Shown here piece after piece: positions 18,040 to 28,218 of a DNA stretch of 64,000 nucleotides. The position numbers were made by a program, and so were the translations under genes. How positions within the stretch are numbered: the first letter of the stretch is position 1; every line of letters begins with the position of its first letter. Source of the stretch: Candidatus Parcubacteria bacterium (GTDB lineage: Bacteria; Patescibacteriota; Minisyncoccia; Phycocordibacterales; Zambryskibacteraceae); contig JAIFWP010000003.1 of the NCBI GenBank assembly GCA_019661785.1, positions 31,009 to 95,008 of the forward strand. The letters are read 5' to 3'. A model generated the notes under the pieces. It saw only the letters and a program-made list of their open reading frames with translations. It did not search any database and was not told the DNA's origin.

Positions 18040-19061
18040 GGATTAATACTCTCACTTAGAGCTATCTCAAGCGGGAGTTCGGGGATAGTGCTGCGGCCGG
18101 AGGCCTCGGCAGCGTCGATAAACTTGAGCAGGATGTCAGCGGTGAGGCTCTTGTCCGCTTTCCCTGCTAAGTCCTTCATAAAGTTGAAGTCATCTTCAGA
18201 CGTCTCGCCGAGGATGTAGTCGTCGAGCCCAGCCTTGAGTCGGATAAGGAAGAGGTAGCGCAAGTTCTCAAGTATGAGCCGAGCAAAGATCTTCATGTCG
18301 GCATTGCTCTCCCGCGCCATTGCAAGAGCCTGCATGCCCCTCTTCAAGTCGTGCTCGACGATGGATGCCAATACATCGCGGACTAGGCCCGCGCGCGGAG
18401 CGCCAGTGACTCTCTCAACTTCTTCTCTACTTACCTGCTTCTCTTGTGAACTCGAGAAGATTTTATCGAGGATGCCGGCAGTATCGCGGAAGGAGCCATC
18501 CCCTAGCAAGGAGACGAGCTCGGCCGACTCTGGGTCTAGCTTCCTCCCCTCTTCCTTAGATATATGCAGAGCGAACTCTCTTAGGATTTTCTGGTTTGGC
18601 CGCTTGAAGACGAAGGCCTGGCACCTGCTCTGCACTGTATCAGGGACCTTCTCTAGCTCGGTTGTAGCGAGTATGAATATGACATGCGCTGGCGGCTCCT
18701 CAAGGGTTTTGAGGAAGGCGTTCCAAGCGCCCTTCGAAAGCATGTGAGCCTCGTCGAGGATGTAGACCTTATACTTCGACTCGAAGGGCAGTGTGTGCAC
18801 GGCCTCGTTCAAAGCCCTTATCTCATCCACGCCGTTCTGCGAGGCGGCGTCTATCTCATAAATGTCTGAAGCCGAGGTACCGAGCTCAGAGGCAAAAATC
18901 CTCGCCACCGAGGTCTTGCCTGTACCGCGCGAACCAGCAAAGAGGTATGCGTGCGCCATAGTACCGAGCTTGACCTCATTGCTCAAGACCGAGACGATGG
19001 ACTCTTGGCCCACGACATCCTTCCACGCCTTGGGGCGATACTTGCGATATAGGACCGACAT
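18036..19061 (-). CDS. dnaX: DNA polymerase III subunit gamma/tau (short form)
   Basis: Walker A (GSRGTGKTS), Walker B (ILDEAHML) and sensor/Arg finger (SRCQ). Confidence 0.9.
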   Translation of the reverse strand: MSVLYRKYRPKAWKDVVGQESIVSVLSNEVKLGTMAHAYLFAGSRGTGKTSVARIFASELGTSASDIYEIDAASQNGVDEIRALNEAVHTLPFESKYKVYILDEAHMLSKGAWNAFLKTLEEPPAHVIFILATTELEKVPDTVQSRCQAFVFKRPNQKILREFALHISKEEGRKLDPESAELVSLLGDGSFRDTAGILDKIFSSSQEKQVSREEVERVTGAPRAGLVRDVLASIVEHDLKRGMQALAMARESNADMKIFARLILENLRYLFLIRLKAGLDDYILGETSEDDFNFMKDLAGKADKSLTADILLKFIDAAEASGRSTIPELPLEIALSESINP

Positions 19062-19128
19062 GGCAAAAGTATATAAGAAAAAACCCCACGAGACGAATCT
19101 CGCAGGGCCTTTGTTTTCCTCCGCCTTG

Positions 19129-20427
19129 TCAGGGCGTTACCCAAGCCCAGGTGGCCTTGAGTGTGGCGTTGGTGAGCGAAGCCTGGACGCTAATGAGAGA
19201 CGTCCCGGATGCTATCGACACCACCTTGCCGTGCGGTCCGACTGGCCAGTTGAAGCCGCTCACGTTCTGGAATCCATCCGTCGCGTTGACGTCGTGGATC
19301 TCAGGGTGAGTGCTCGACCAGAACTCCTTGTCACCGCAGGTTGCCCCGCCGGACAGGTTGCACGTTGCGAGCGTTGTAACGGTCGCATTGAGCGCGATGT
19401 TACCCCCATGCGGCGTGTAGTCGATGGAAGGTCCGCCAGTAGTGCACGGCGTGTTGGTAACGACTATCGGCACCTGCACCGAGATGCCCCCGGCCGAGAC
19501 TGTAGCTGTCGCGTTTCCTACTGCGACTCCTGTAAACGTCCAGCTCCCGCCGGAACCACTCACCGTAGCCACTGTCGTTGGAGATATGGTTACAGTTACC
19601 GGTATCGTTGGTGCCGCGCCGTTGACAGAGACCGCGAAGGTCTGCGTGTTCGTGCACCCTGTCCCGATATTGATGTTGATACTCGTCGGGAGTGTCTGTA
19701 TCTGGATGCCGGATGTGACATTTACGGCCTGCACCGTGCAAACCGTGGTACTGCCTGTAGCGCAGAAGGTGACATTGACTGTCCCTACTCCTACTCCGCT
19801 TTCCTGGCACGTGCTCGTGTTGACGATAGCCACGATGCCCGAGTTAGCACTCGTACAGGTGAAGCTGCCCGCCGCCGTACTCGTCGTATTGTCCGAGTAG
19901 TGGACTGTCACCGTCGGAGTCTTCACCGTGCCGACTGGATACGTATCCGGATTCGGCTGAACGGTGATGCTCGTCGGGGTCTTGCCCGTGGGGACAATCC
20001 CATTCACCTGAACAGTGAAGCAGAACATGATGGTCGGCGCGGCATCGATGATGTCGCAGACCTGAGCCGTACCCGCACGGATAGCCGTGACGAGTCCAGT
20101 GGTCGTGCCGACCATCACCACCGTGGTGTCCGAGGACGTCCAGTGGTGCGCCGTCGAGACGCAGCCCCTCGGGTTCGTTGTGATGGAGTCCGAGAGCTGG
20201 GCCGTCTCCCCCACGTTGAGGATGAGTATCCCGCCCGAGAGCGCCTTCGAGGAGTTCTCGAAGATGGTGGCCGAACAGTTGCCGTTCGTGGTCTGGCTGG
20301 TGATCTGGCCCACCGGCACACCGATAGAGCCCTGCGAATCGCTATCTGAGATAGCCGTTATCTGACAGCCCACGAGTGTGAGCACGGTAGCGGCCAAGGC
20401 CGCTCCGAAACACAGCTTTGCCCGCAT
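19129..20427 (-). CDS. Cys/Thr-rich surface lipoprotein with repeated bacterial Ig-like (Big_2-like) domains
   Basis: Signal peptide with lipobox LTLVGC, then roughly 400 aa of Thr/Val/Ser/Cys-rich beta repeats. The ORF is visibly GC-richer than its neighbours. Confidence 0.65.
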   Translation of the reverse strand: MRAKLCFGAALAATVLTLVGCQITAISDSDSQGSIGVPVGQITSQTTNGNCSATIFENSSKALSGGILILNVGETAQLSDSITTNPRGCVSTAHHWTSSDTTVVMVGTTTGLVTAIRAGTAQVCDIIDAAPTIMFCFTVQVNGIVPTGKTPTSITVQPNPDTYPVGTVKTPTVTVHYSDNTTSTAAGSFTCTSANSGIVAIVNTSTCQESGVGVGTVNVTFCATGSTTVCTVQAVNVTSGIQIQTLPTSININIGTGCTNTQTFAVSVNGAAPTIPVTVTISPTTVATVSGSGGSWTFTGVAVGNATATVSAGGISVQVPIVVTNTPCTTGGPSIDYTPHGGNIALNATVTTLATCNLSGGATCGDKEFWSSTHPEIHDVNATDGFQNVSGFNWPVGPHGKVVSIASGTSLISVQASLTNATLKATWAWVTP

Positions 20428-20533
20428 AGTTTCTGCCTCTGAATCTGGGTTGACCTACATTAACTGACGAGGAACATGGGTTTCCTTACCCATTCCTAGC
20501 ACAGGAGACGCACCGTGTCAAAACTCCTTACAG

Positions 20534-21472
20534 CTAAGCTCGGCCCAAGTAGTGGTCTATTATTTGAGCCACATTTTCGGCATTTGGAGCTTCCATAAGC
20601 CTCACGCGGAGTTCGACTGCCCCGTCAAAGCCGTTCACATAAGCCTTGTAGTGCTTCTTCATGATGTTGAAGCTCTTAGTATCCCCAAGCAGTTCCTCGA
20701 ATAGCTTGGTATGCTCGACCATAACATTTAACTTCTCCTCTAAGGTCGGTGTACGCTCGCTAAAGAGCCAAGGATTGCCAAAGATTGCCCGGCCTATCAT
20801 GACGCCGTCCGCTCCTGTCTCTGCCGCCTTATCCCTTGCCTCGGCTAAGCTCCTAATGTCGCCATTGCCCAGTATCAAAGTCTTAGAGCCAAGCCCATTG
20901 CGTATCTCTACAGCACGCTTAACTCTCTCCCATCTGGCGGGGACCTTTGACATATCCTTCTTGGTCCTTGCATGTATGGTGATGTGGGCCAAGTCCTCCT
21001 TCAAGAGCTCAGGCAGCCACTCCTCAAGCTCATCCTTATTGAAACCGAGACGCGTCTTCACCGACACAGGTAGACCGCCCGCTCCCTCTATAGCCGCGTG
21101 GATAACCTCTCTCGCAAGCTCGGGTGTTTTGATGAGGCATGCACCGGCGCCTTGGTGGACCACGTTGTCCTGCGGACAGCCCATGTTGATATCCACTCCG
21201 TCAAATCCTAAGCTCTTCGCGAGCTCGGCGGCCTTCCGCATGTTCTCAGGACTTGAGGTGAAAAACTGCGCGATTATTGGGCGTTCCGCTTCTGCGAACA
21301 CGAGATCTTTCAAAAGTTTTTGCCTCCCCTCTTCAGGCGCGAGCGCCAAGCCATCTGCCGAGACGAACTCTGTGTACATCAAATCAGGCTTGCCATACTT
21401 GGCAATAATCCTTCTATAAGCCGCGTCGGTGACATCGGCCATGGGTGCAAGGACAAATATCGGCTTGGTCAT
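20534..21472 (-). CDS. dus: tRNA-dihydrouridine synthase
   Basis: TIM-barrel FMN motifs LAPMADVTD, INMGCP and catalytic K (VSVKTRLG). Confidence 0.9.
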   Translation of the reverse strand: MTKPIFVLAPMADVTDAAYRRIIAKYGKPDLMYTEFVSADGLALAPEEGRQKLLKDLVFAEAERPIIAQFFTSSPENMRKAAELAKSLGFDGVDINMGCPQDNVVHQGAGACLIKTPELAREVIHAAIEGAGGLPVSVKTRLGFNKDELEEWLPELLKEDLAHITIHARTKKDMSKVPARWERVKRAVEIRNGLGSKTLILGNGDIRSLAEARDKAAETGADGVMIGRAIFGNPWLFSERTPTLEEKLNVMVEHTKLFEELLGDTKSFNIMKKHYKAYVNGFDGAVELRVRLMEAPNAENVAQIIDHYLGRA

Positions 21473-22281
21473 CTGTAGAAGACTTTGTTATCGAAACGCA
21501 GGTCAATATACTGCATAGCTCGGATATCCGCCATCTTGAGACCAGAGTTCCTTATGAAAGACTCCAAATTTACGAGTATCGGCTCTAAGTCTTTGGCCGA
21601 TCTCCACTTCACGACTGGACCTAATTTCTGAGTGAGTTCGTACTCATCTCCGCTCCTATTTAAGACTTCGGGCTCAATCCCAAGACTCTTCATGCCTGAC
21701 AGGAACTGCTCAATAGAATTTAAATCTTCTGGCTTGAAGAGCTCTGTCCCTATGGGCGAGTTTAAGGCCGGAGAAGTCGTATAAGTCATATATACGTCAG
21801 GCGAGAAACCGGGCGCCAGGGCAAAGATGTATCCACTCTCGTCTAAGAAGTAGCACTTGTCCACTCCCTCTATCTCGCAATATAGAGCATGAGGCTGTCT
21901 CTCGGTAACAGAGACTTTCAAAGAGTGTGGATTGGCAAGAGAGACATCGACGCTCAAGAGTCTAGGCACAGCACTCAAGAGATCGTTCTTCATCTTGGTC
22001 TTGGCATAGAGGAGTGCGCTATCCTTAGGTATCACCGTGAAGTAATAGCCAGAGAGATCGTTATAGATGACAGTCTCCAAATCCTCGCTCTTCGTGACCT
22101 CGTTGCCCATGATGTTCACTTGGCTTATGCGGACTTGGGGACTCCGCAGGAGGAGCACTGGCCCGACAAATATCACCAATATGACTGCGACTATGGCTAT
22201 GGCCCAAAGCCACCTCATCACCATCTTCTGCTTGTGGAACTCAGGAGAGCGTATGGCCTCTCTGCTGCCGACTAATTTCAT
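21469..22281 (-). CDS. ftsQ: Cell division protein FtsQ/DivIB (POTRA domain)
   Basis: N-terminal TM, then POTRA and beta domains. ATGA overlap with dus. Confidence 0.65.
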   Translation of the reverse strand: MKLVGSREAIRSPEFHKQKMVMRWLWAIAIVAVILVIFVGPVLLLRSPQVRISQVNIMGNEVTKSEDLETVIYNDLSGYYFTVIPKDSALLYAKTKMKNDLLSAVPRLLSVDVSLANPHSLKVSVTERQPHALYCEIEGVDKCYFLDESGYIFALAPGFSPDVYMTYTTSPALNSPIGTELFKPEDLNSIEQFLSGMKSLGIEPEVLNRSGDEYELTQKLGPVVKWRSAKDLEPILVNLESFIRNSGLKMADIRAMQYIDLRFDNKVFYR

Positions 22282-22309
22282 CTTGGAAGTATATCAAAAC
22301 AAACTCCCC

Positions 22310-22699
22310 CTACGACTGCGTAGGGGGATCGGGTGCCTCTGAGAGTGACGGCTCTGGCGATGGCGATGTCTTACTCCGCTTCTGCTTCGGCTTCCTCGCC
22401 TGGTCGATGAAAGTGAGGGCTATCACTACCACCCACCCAATGACCGAGAAGAAGAGCGCCAAATTCAGAAAGTCGGGGAACGCCGTGAAGAGCCCTGCGG
22501 CAAGGACGAGAGCAACCATAATGCTGACCCATCTTGCCACTCTAGACTGGCTCGACAGCAAGGCGACGAACACGAAGGCCAATGCCTGAACGGAGAGCCA
22601 GCGAGCCTTCACAAACGGGTCGTCAGGGAGCGTGAGAGTCATGGCGAAGGACAAAATGGCCACGAGATACACAACCCAGCGGTATATCCGATTTTTCAC
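22310..22699 (-). CDS. Hypothetical membrane protein
   Basis: 129 aa, 3-4 TM helices, Pro/Ser-rich tail. Confidence 0.45.
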   Translation of the reverse strand: MKNRIYRWVVYLVAILSFAMTLTLPDDPFVKARWLSVQALAFVFVALLSSQSRVARWVSIMVALVLAAGLFTAFPDFLNLALFFSVIGWVVVIALTFIDQARKPKQKRSKTSPSPEPSLSEAPDPPTQS

Positions 22700-22762
22700 A
22701 TGAGTCTCCCGATGAGGTGGACGTGCGCGTAAGTGTCTATGCCCACTATGCCGAAAACTGAC

Positions 22763-24028
22763 CTACTTTGTCAAACGAGTTTTGCCTCCCATATAAGGCA
22801 CCAATGCATCGGGGATCTTAATAGAGCCGTCAGCCTGCTGGAAGTTCTCTATGATAGCTATGAGCGGCCTGCCTGAGAGAGCTGTGTTGTTTAAAGAGTG
22901 GGCATACTTCAACTTGCCGTCGGCATCCTTGTATCTAATGCCTAGGCGCCTGGTCTGGAAGTCGTGGAAGTATGATGACGAGTGCGTCTCACGGTAGGTC
23001 TTCTCTGACGGCACCCAAGCCTCGATGTCGTACTTCTTGACCTGACCGAGGCCTAGGTCGGCGCCGCAGTTGACCACGACTCTATAAGGTATGCCGAGAG
23101 CCTGCATCATCTCCTCCGAGTTGAGCGTTATCTCCTCATGGAGACGCACAGACTCCTCATGCGAGGCCTCGCACAGAAGGACCTGCTCGAATTTATAAAA
23201 CTCGTGGACTCTTATGAGGCCCTTAACATCCTTGCCATGACTCCCTGCCTCGCGCCTAAAGCATGGTGAGAAGGAGAAGAACTTCTTGGGCAAATCTTTT
23301 TTATCTAAAGTCTCGTTCATGTAGTAGCCCATAGTCGCAACTTCGGCCGTGCCAGCTAAGTACTCTCCGTCTTGCGTCTTGTATAGGTCTTCCTCGCTCT
23401 GGGGTATCATGCCTGTGCCAAGGAGCGACTCCTTGCGCACCAAGGATGGCACCATCATAGTAGTAAAGCCTCCCTTCTTCCTGAAGAAATCATTTACGAA
23501 ATTCCAAAGAGCGAACTCGAGCTCGACGCCAGCGTTCTTCAAGAAGTAGCCACGGAAGCCCGCGACCTTAGCGCCGCGCTCAAAGTCGACCATGTCTAGG
23601 TCGAGCATTAGGTCCGAGTGCGATTTGGGCTCGAAGTCGAACTTGGGTATCTCTCCCCACTGCCTAATCTCCATATTGTCCGCATCGCTCTCGCCCTCAG
23701 GCACAGAGATGTCGGGAACATTGGGCACTTGGAGCATGAGGGCTTGCCACTCCTTCATCACTTCCTTGAGCTCTTCCTCACTCTTAGACAAATCCTCTTT
23801 GACGAATTTCATCTTTTCGAGAATCTGCGACTTCTCCGGTCCTGTGGCGCGGACTATCTCTTGGCTCGCTTGGTTCTGCTCGGCCCGCTTCTCCTCTACC
23901 TTGGTCTGGAGAGCGCGGCGCTTGTCGTCAATAGCAATGAGGGTCTCGACGTCGAAGTTGATGCGCTTCTTCTTCGCAGCCATCTGTACAAGCTCCTTCT
24001 GCTCTCTTATGAATTTAATATCTAACAT
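22763..24028 (-). CDS. serS: Serine--tRNA ligase
   Basis: N-terminal coiled-coil arm plus class II core (FRREAGSHGKDVKGLIRVHEF..). Confidence 0.9.
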   Translation of the reverse strand: MLDIKFIREQKELVQMAAKKKRINFDVETLIAIDDKRRALQTKVEEKRAEQNQASQEIVRATGPEKSQILEKMKFVKEDLSKSEEELKEVMKEWQALMLQVPNVPDISVPEGESDADNMEIRQWGEIPKFDFEPKSHSDLMLDLDMVDFERGAKVAGFRGYFLKNAGVELEFALWNFVNDFFRKKGGFTTMMVPSLVRKESLLGTGMIPQSEEDLYKTQDGEYLAGTAEVATMGYYMNETLDKKDLPKKFFSFSPCFRREAGSHGKDVKGLIRVHEFYKFEQVLLCEASHEESVRLHEEITLNSEEMMQALGIPYRVVVNCGADLGLGQVKKYDIEAWVPSEKTYRETHSSSYFHDFQTRRLGIRYKDADGKLKYAHSLNNTALSGRPLIAIIENFQQADGSIKIPDALVPYMGGKTRLTK

Positions 24029-24050
24029 TCCCTAATAGTATAATACAGGG

Positions 24051-24911
24051 ATGCAGGATATTCGAACTTTGAAAAAAACCGACTGGCCGGAACTCCTGCA
24101 GGAGATTAATGACCCGCCGGAGAAGCTCCGCCTCTGGGGCAATCCTCCTATAGAAGGCAACAAGCTCCTTGCTGTGGTCGGCTCGCGCAAGTACACCTCG
24201 TATGGCTCAGAGGTTTGCGACTCTCTTATACAAGGGCTCGTTGGTTACCCTATTACCATAGTCAGCGGCCTTGCTCTCGGCATAGACGCCATCGCGCATC
24301 GTGCCGCGCTCCGCGCCGGCCTCCAGACCATAGCCATCCCAGGCTCTGGTCTCTCGACTACAGTCCTCCACCCTCACTCACACAGAGACTTGGCTGGAGA
24401 GATTGTCGATGCTGGCGGCGGACTTATGACTGAGTACGACGATGAGATGCCCTCAGGCGCATGGGCCTTCCCCCGCCGCAACAGGATTATGGCCGGCATG
24501 TGCCACGCTACACTCGTCATCGAAGCGGAGAAGAAGTCCGGCACCCTCATCACCTCTCGCCTAGCTACCGAATATAATAGAGAGGTTGGCGCTGTCCCTG
24601 GCCCTATCACATCCTCAACCTCCGAGGGCCCGCACATGCTTATACGCCTTGGCGCGGCGCTCATACGCGACTCTCACGACCTGCTAGAGCTCCTAGGACT
24701 CCGCAGTGAGGGTCATGACACTCTATTTAATACCGACGACCTCACAGATGAGGAAAGGGTCTTTATTAAGATACTCGACAACCCCTGCGAGCGGGATGTC
24801 CTCATCCGCACCTCGAAGTTTGATATCTCCAGGGCAAATGCAGTCCTATCACTACTAGAAATCAAAGGCCTGATTGTTGAACAACTCGGCGAAGTACGAA
24901 AGACATTTTGA
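24051..24911 (+). CDS. dprA: DNA processing protein DprA (Smf)
   Basis: Rossmann-like DprA motifs VVGSRKYTSYG and GLALGIDAIAH. Confidence 0.85.
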   Translation: MQDIRTLKKTDWPELLQEINDPPEKLRLWGNPPIEGNKLLAVVGSRKYTSYGSEVCDSLIQGLVGYPITIVSGLALGIDAIAHRAALRAGLQTIAIPGSGLSTTVLHPHSHRDLAGEIVDAGGGLMTEYDDEMPSGAWAFPRRNRIMAGMCHATLVIEAEKKSGTLITSRLATEYNREVGAVPGPITSSTSEGPHMLIRLGAALIRDSHDLLELLGLRSEGHDTLFNTDDLTDEERVFIKILDNPCERDVLIRTSKFDISRANAVLSLLEIKGLIVEQLGEVRKTF

Positions 24912-24968
24912 GCACTTAGTCTGCGTTTAAATTTGCAATAAAAACGTATCCATAGTATTTGTTACGTG

Positions 24969-27137
24969 ATGCGATTAGTTATTGTTGAGTCTCCGTCGAA
25001 AGCGAAGACGATAGAAAAATATCTTGGTAAGGACTTCCGCGTGGTCGCCTCTGTGGGCCATGTGCGCGACTTGCCTAAGTCTCAGAAGGCCGCCATCGAC
25101 ATTGAGGCTGGCTTCGTGCCGCACTATGAGGTGAGCAAGGGCAAGGAGGCTGTCATAGCCGAGATAAAGAAGCTCGCAGCCAAAGCTGAGGAAGTAATAC
25201 TCGCTACCGACCCCGACCGCGAGGGCGAGGCCATAGCTTGGCATATAGCCCAAGCTGTGGGGTTGAAAAATCCTAAGCGGAGCACCTTCCACGAGATCAC
25301 CAAGGAGGCCGTGGAGGAGGCCATAGCTCATCCAAGACAGATTGATGAAAACTTGAAAGAGGCTCAGGAGGCTCGCCGAGTCCTCGACCGCCTCGTAGGC
25401 TACGACCTCTCGGGCCTCATATGGAAGAAGGTGCGCTACGGCCTCTCTGCTGGACGCGTGCAGTCCCCGGCTCTCCGCATATTAGTAGAGCGCGAGCGCG
25501 AGATACGTGCCTTCAAGCCGGAGACCTTCTGGAAGATAGTGGCCATTTTGAATAAGTTGGGTTTCGAATGCTCCATAGAACCGCGAGACAAGAAGGAGGT
25601 GGACAGAATACTCTCTGAGGGCAAGAGCGGCGACTGGCGTATCACAGATGTTAAGGAGAGTGAGGTCAAACGCGCTCCCCGACCGCCCTTCATCACCTCA
25701 ACTCTCCAACAGGCGGCATCGTCACGACTTGGCTTCGCACCATCACGCACTATGGGTGTGGCGCAGAAGCTCTATGAGGCAGGACACATCACCTACATGC
25801 GTACAGACTCCTTCAACCTCGGAGCACAAGCCAAGGCCGACATAGCAGGAGTCATTAAGAATAAGTTTGGTGAGCAATACTACGAGTCACATGCCTTCGC
25901 CAATAAGTCGAAGAACGCTCAAGAGGCTCACGAAGCTATCCGCCCTACACACATGAGCACGCTGAGTGCCGGCTCAACAGACGAGCAGAAAAGTTTGTAC
26001 AAACTAATCTGGAGCCGCACCCTCGCCACACAGATGAAGGATGCTATCGTCATGCGCACCAAGGTTGTAGCGAATATAGATGGCTCTTCAATACCAGACT
26101 TTTGGTTGAATGGTTCCAGGATACTCTTTGACGGTTGGACCAAGGCCGACCCTGCTGCACAAGGCGAGGATGTCATCCTCCCAGCCCTGAAGATTGGTGA
26201 GAAGCTCAAACTAAGCGACATCGTCGCTGAGGAGAAGCAGACCGAGCCGCCTCCACGCTACTCCGAGGCAGGGCTAGTGAAGGAGCTTGAGAAGCGCGGT
26301 ATAGGCCGCCCATCGACGTACGCATCCATCATCAAAACCGTGGTCGACCGCGGCTATGTGGAGAAGTTGCAAAAGGCCTTGAAGCCGACCGACGTAGGTG
26401 AGGTGGTCTCCGGATTCCTCGAGGAGAATTTTGATAAGTACATCTCGGACTCCTTCACCGCTGAGATGGAGGACGAGCTCGACGAGATAGCCGAGGGCAA
26501 ACGCACATATCTCAAAACCCTGACAGACTTTTATAAACCTTTCCACGCAGATGTGAAGAGCAAGGACAAGCTCGCCAAAGCTACTGACCTCGGCGCGGCT
26601 CCCGCAGAGTTCAAGTGCCCTGTCTGCGGCTCGGACATGATAGTAAAGCTCGGACGTGGAGGACGCTTCCTCTCCTGCTCGCGCTTCCCCGACTGCACAG
26701 GCGCTCTTACTATTAATGGCGAGGAGATTAAGCAAGACACTCCTATAGGCACTGACCCTGAGTCTGGACTGCCTGTGTATCTTAAGACCGGCCGCTTCGG
26801 CCCATATGTGCAAATAGGCGCAGATGACAAGAAGAAGAAACTTAAGGCCAAGAAAGCCAGCGTACCAAAAACTAAGGATCTCGGCAGCCTCACACTCGAG
26901 GATGCTCTTGTCTATCTAACTTTGCCGAGGAAACTTGGCAAACACCCTGAAACAGGAGAGGACATCTCCGCCAATGTAGGACGCTTCGGCCCATACATCG
27001 CACTTGCCTCCAAGCCCAAACCCGACTTCCGCTCTCTTAAAACAGATGATGTATACAAGATTACTCTCGAACGTGCGCTAGAGATTTTGAAAGAGCCCAA
27101 GAAACAGCGCGGTTTCGCACGGAAAGCGAAAAAATAG
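24969..27137 (+). CDS. topA: DNA topoisomerase I with C-terminal zinc ribbon
   Basis: Toprim (VIVESPSKAKTI), active-site region and C-terminal CPVCGSDM..CSRFPDC. dprA-topA linkage is common. Confidence 0.9.
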   Translation: MRLVIVESPSKAKTIEKYLGKDFRVVASVGHVRDLPKSQKAAIDIEAGFVPHYEVSKGKEAVIAEIKKLAAKAEEVILATDPDREGEAIAWHIAQAVGLKNPKRSTFHEITKEAVEEAIAHPRQIDENLKEAQEARRVLDRLVGYDLSGLIWKKVRYGLSAGRVQSPALRILVEREREIRAFKPETFWKIVAILNKLGFECSIEPRDKKEVDRILSEGKSGDWRITDVKESEVKRAPRPPFITSTLQQAASSRLGFAPSRTMGVAQKLYEAGHITYMRTDSFNLGAQAKADIAGVIKNKFGEQYYESHAFANKSKNAQEAHEAIRPTHMSTLSAGSTDEQKSLYKLIWSRTLATQMKDAIVMRTKVVANIDGSSIPDFWLNGSRILFDGWTKADPAAQGEDVILPALKIGEKLKLSDIVAEEKQTEPPPRYSEAGLVKELEKRGIGRPSTYASIIKTVVDRGYVEKLQKALKPTDVGEVVSGFLEENFDKYISDSFTAEMEDELDEIAEGKRTYLKTLTDFYKPFHADVKSKDKLAKATDLGAAPAEFKCPVCGSDMIVKLGRGGRFLSCSRFPDCTGALTINGEEIKQDTPIGTDPESGLPVYLKTGRFGPYVQIGADDKKKKLKAKKASVPKTKDLGSLTLEDALVYLTLPRKLGKHPETGEDISANVGRFGPYIALASKPKPDFRSLKTDDVYKITLERALEILKEPKKQRGFARKAKK

Positions 27138-28091
27138 TTATATAGAAAAGTTTTTGACGGAGTAGAGGTCTTCTTCTGGCGCTTCCATAGCCTCTTTAGA
27201 GCCCTCGGCCATGTCGACCTTCTCCTCCTCGGTTGGCGGTACTATGTCGGCAACTTTCTTCGGCATTGTGAGCTCGTGCTTAGAGAGCTTCTCTAACAGA
27301 GTCAGGAGGTCTCCCTTGGAGAAGAAGTCTATGGTAATCTTGCCGCCATCATCCTTCTTCTCTATCCTCACGCGGGTGCCAAGAGTGTCCTTGAACTTCT
27401 CCTCCAAGTCGACAAGGTCTGGGTCCATGAGCTTGCGCGCCTTCTCGAAGGCGATGCGACGAGCGATGCCCTCGGCCTCGCGGACGTTAACTTTTTTGAA
27501 TAAAATCTCCTTGAAGAGGGTCATCTGCTCCTCTGGCCTGTCGACAAGCATCATAAGCGGACGTGTGTGGCCCTCCGTCATCTTGCCCTCAGCGAGAGCA
27601 TTCAGCATCTCGTCCGGGAGCATGAGGATGCGGAGAGTGTTAGAGACATACTCACGGCTCTTGCCCACCTTCTTGCCAATCTCCGCATGCTTGAAGCCGA
27701 ATTCTTTAGCCAACTTCTCGAAGGCCCTTGCTCTGTCAACTGGATTCAAGTCCTCTCGTTGGATGTTCTCTATGATGGCTAGCTCGAGCTTCATGAGGTC
27801 GGTCTCCTCTCCTGAGCGCACTTGGGCTGGCACCTGAGTGAGACCCGCGAGCCTTGCCGCTCTGAGACGCCTCTCGCCGGCTATGAGCTCATACTGGACA
27901 TCTATGCCGCCCTCTGGCTTCTCCGTCTCCTTGCGGGTCACCACAAGGGCCTGGAGGACTCCGTACTGGCGGATAGAGTCAGCGAGCGAGCGGAGAGCAA
28001 GCTCATCAAATTCCCTCCTCGGCTGGTATGGGTTTGGATGTATCTTCTCGACCTCTATCCAGAAGATGGCATCGTTGTAGATCTGAGACAT
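27138..28091 (-). CDS. parB: ParB/Spo0J-like partition protein (no parA partner in the window)
   Basis: ParB box GERRLRAARLAGL plus HTH. Its stop abuts the topA stop with no gap. Confidence 0.8.
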   Translation of the reverse strand: MSQIYNDAIFWIEVEKIHPNPYQPRREFDELALRSLADSIRQYGVLQALVVTRKETEKPEGGIDVQYELIAGERRLRAARLAGLTQVPAQVRSGEETDLMKLELAIIENIQREDLNPVDRARAFEKLAKEFGFKHAEIGKKVGKSREYVSNTLRILMLPDEMLNALAEGKMTEGHTRPLMMLVDRPEEQMTLFKEILFKKVNVREAEGIARRIAFEKARKLMDPDLVDLEEKFKDTLGTRVRIEKKDDGGKITIDFFSKGDLLTLLEKLSKHELTMPKKVADIVPPTEEEKVDMAEGSKEAMEAPEEDLYSVKNFSI

Positions 28092-28134
28092 GCATAGATT
28101 TTAACACTGTTTTAATGTAAGTTGGTAGGTACAA

Positions 28135-28215
28135 GCCGGAGTGGCGGAATGGTAGACGCGCACGACTCAAAATCGTGTATCGCAAGGTGTGAGAGTTCGA
28201 GTCTCTCCTCCGGCA
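28135..28215 (+). tRNA. tRNA-Leu (anticodon CAA), long variable arm, CCA not encoded
   Basis: Acceptor GCCGGAG/CTCCGGC, anticodon loop CUCAAAA, T-loop TTCGAGT. Confidence 0.85.
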
Positions 28216-28218
28216 CAG

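Noticed and set aside
19400-20365. Several 60-160 aa ORFs inside the lipoprotein gene on both strands
   Set aside because: Alternative frames of a GC-rich repetitive gene, with Arg/Thr-rich junk translations.
28189-28218. ORF-track start of the membrane protein at 28189
   Set aside because: It would place the first 9 codons inside tRNA-Leu(CAA). A start at the ATG at 28219 or 28234 is more plausible.
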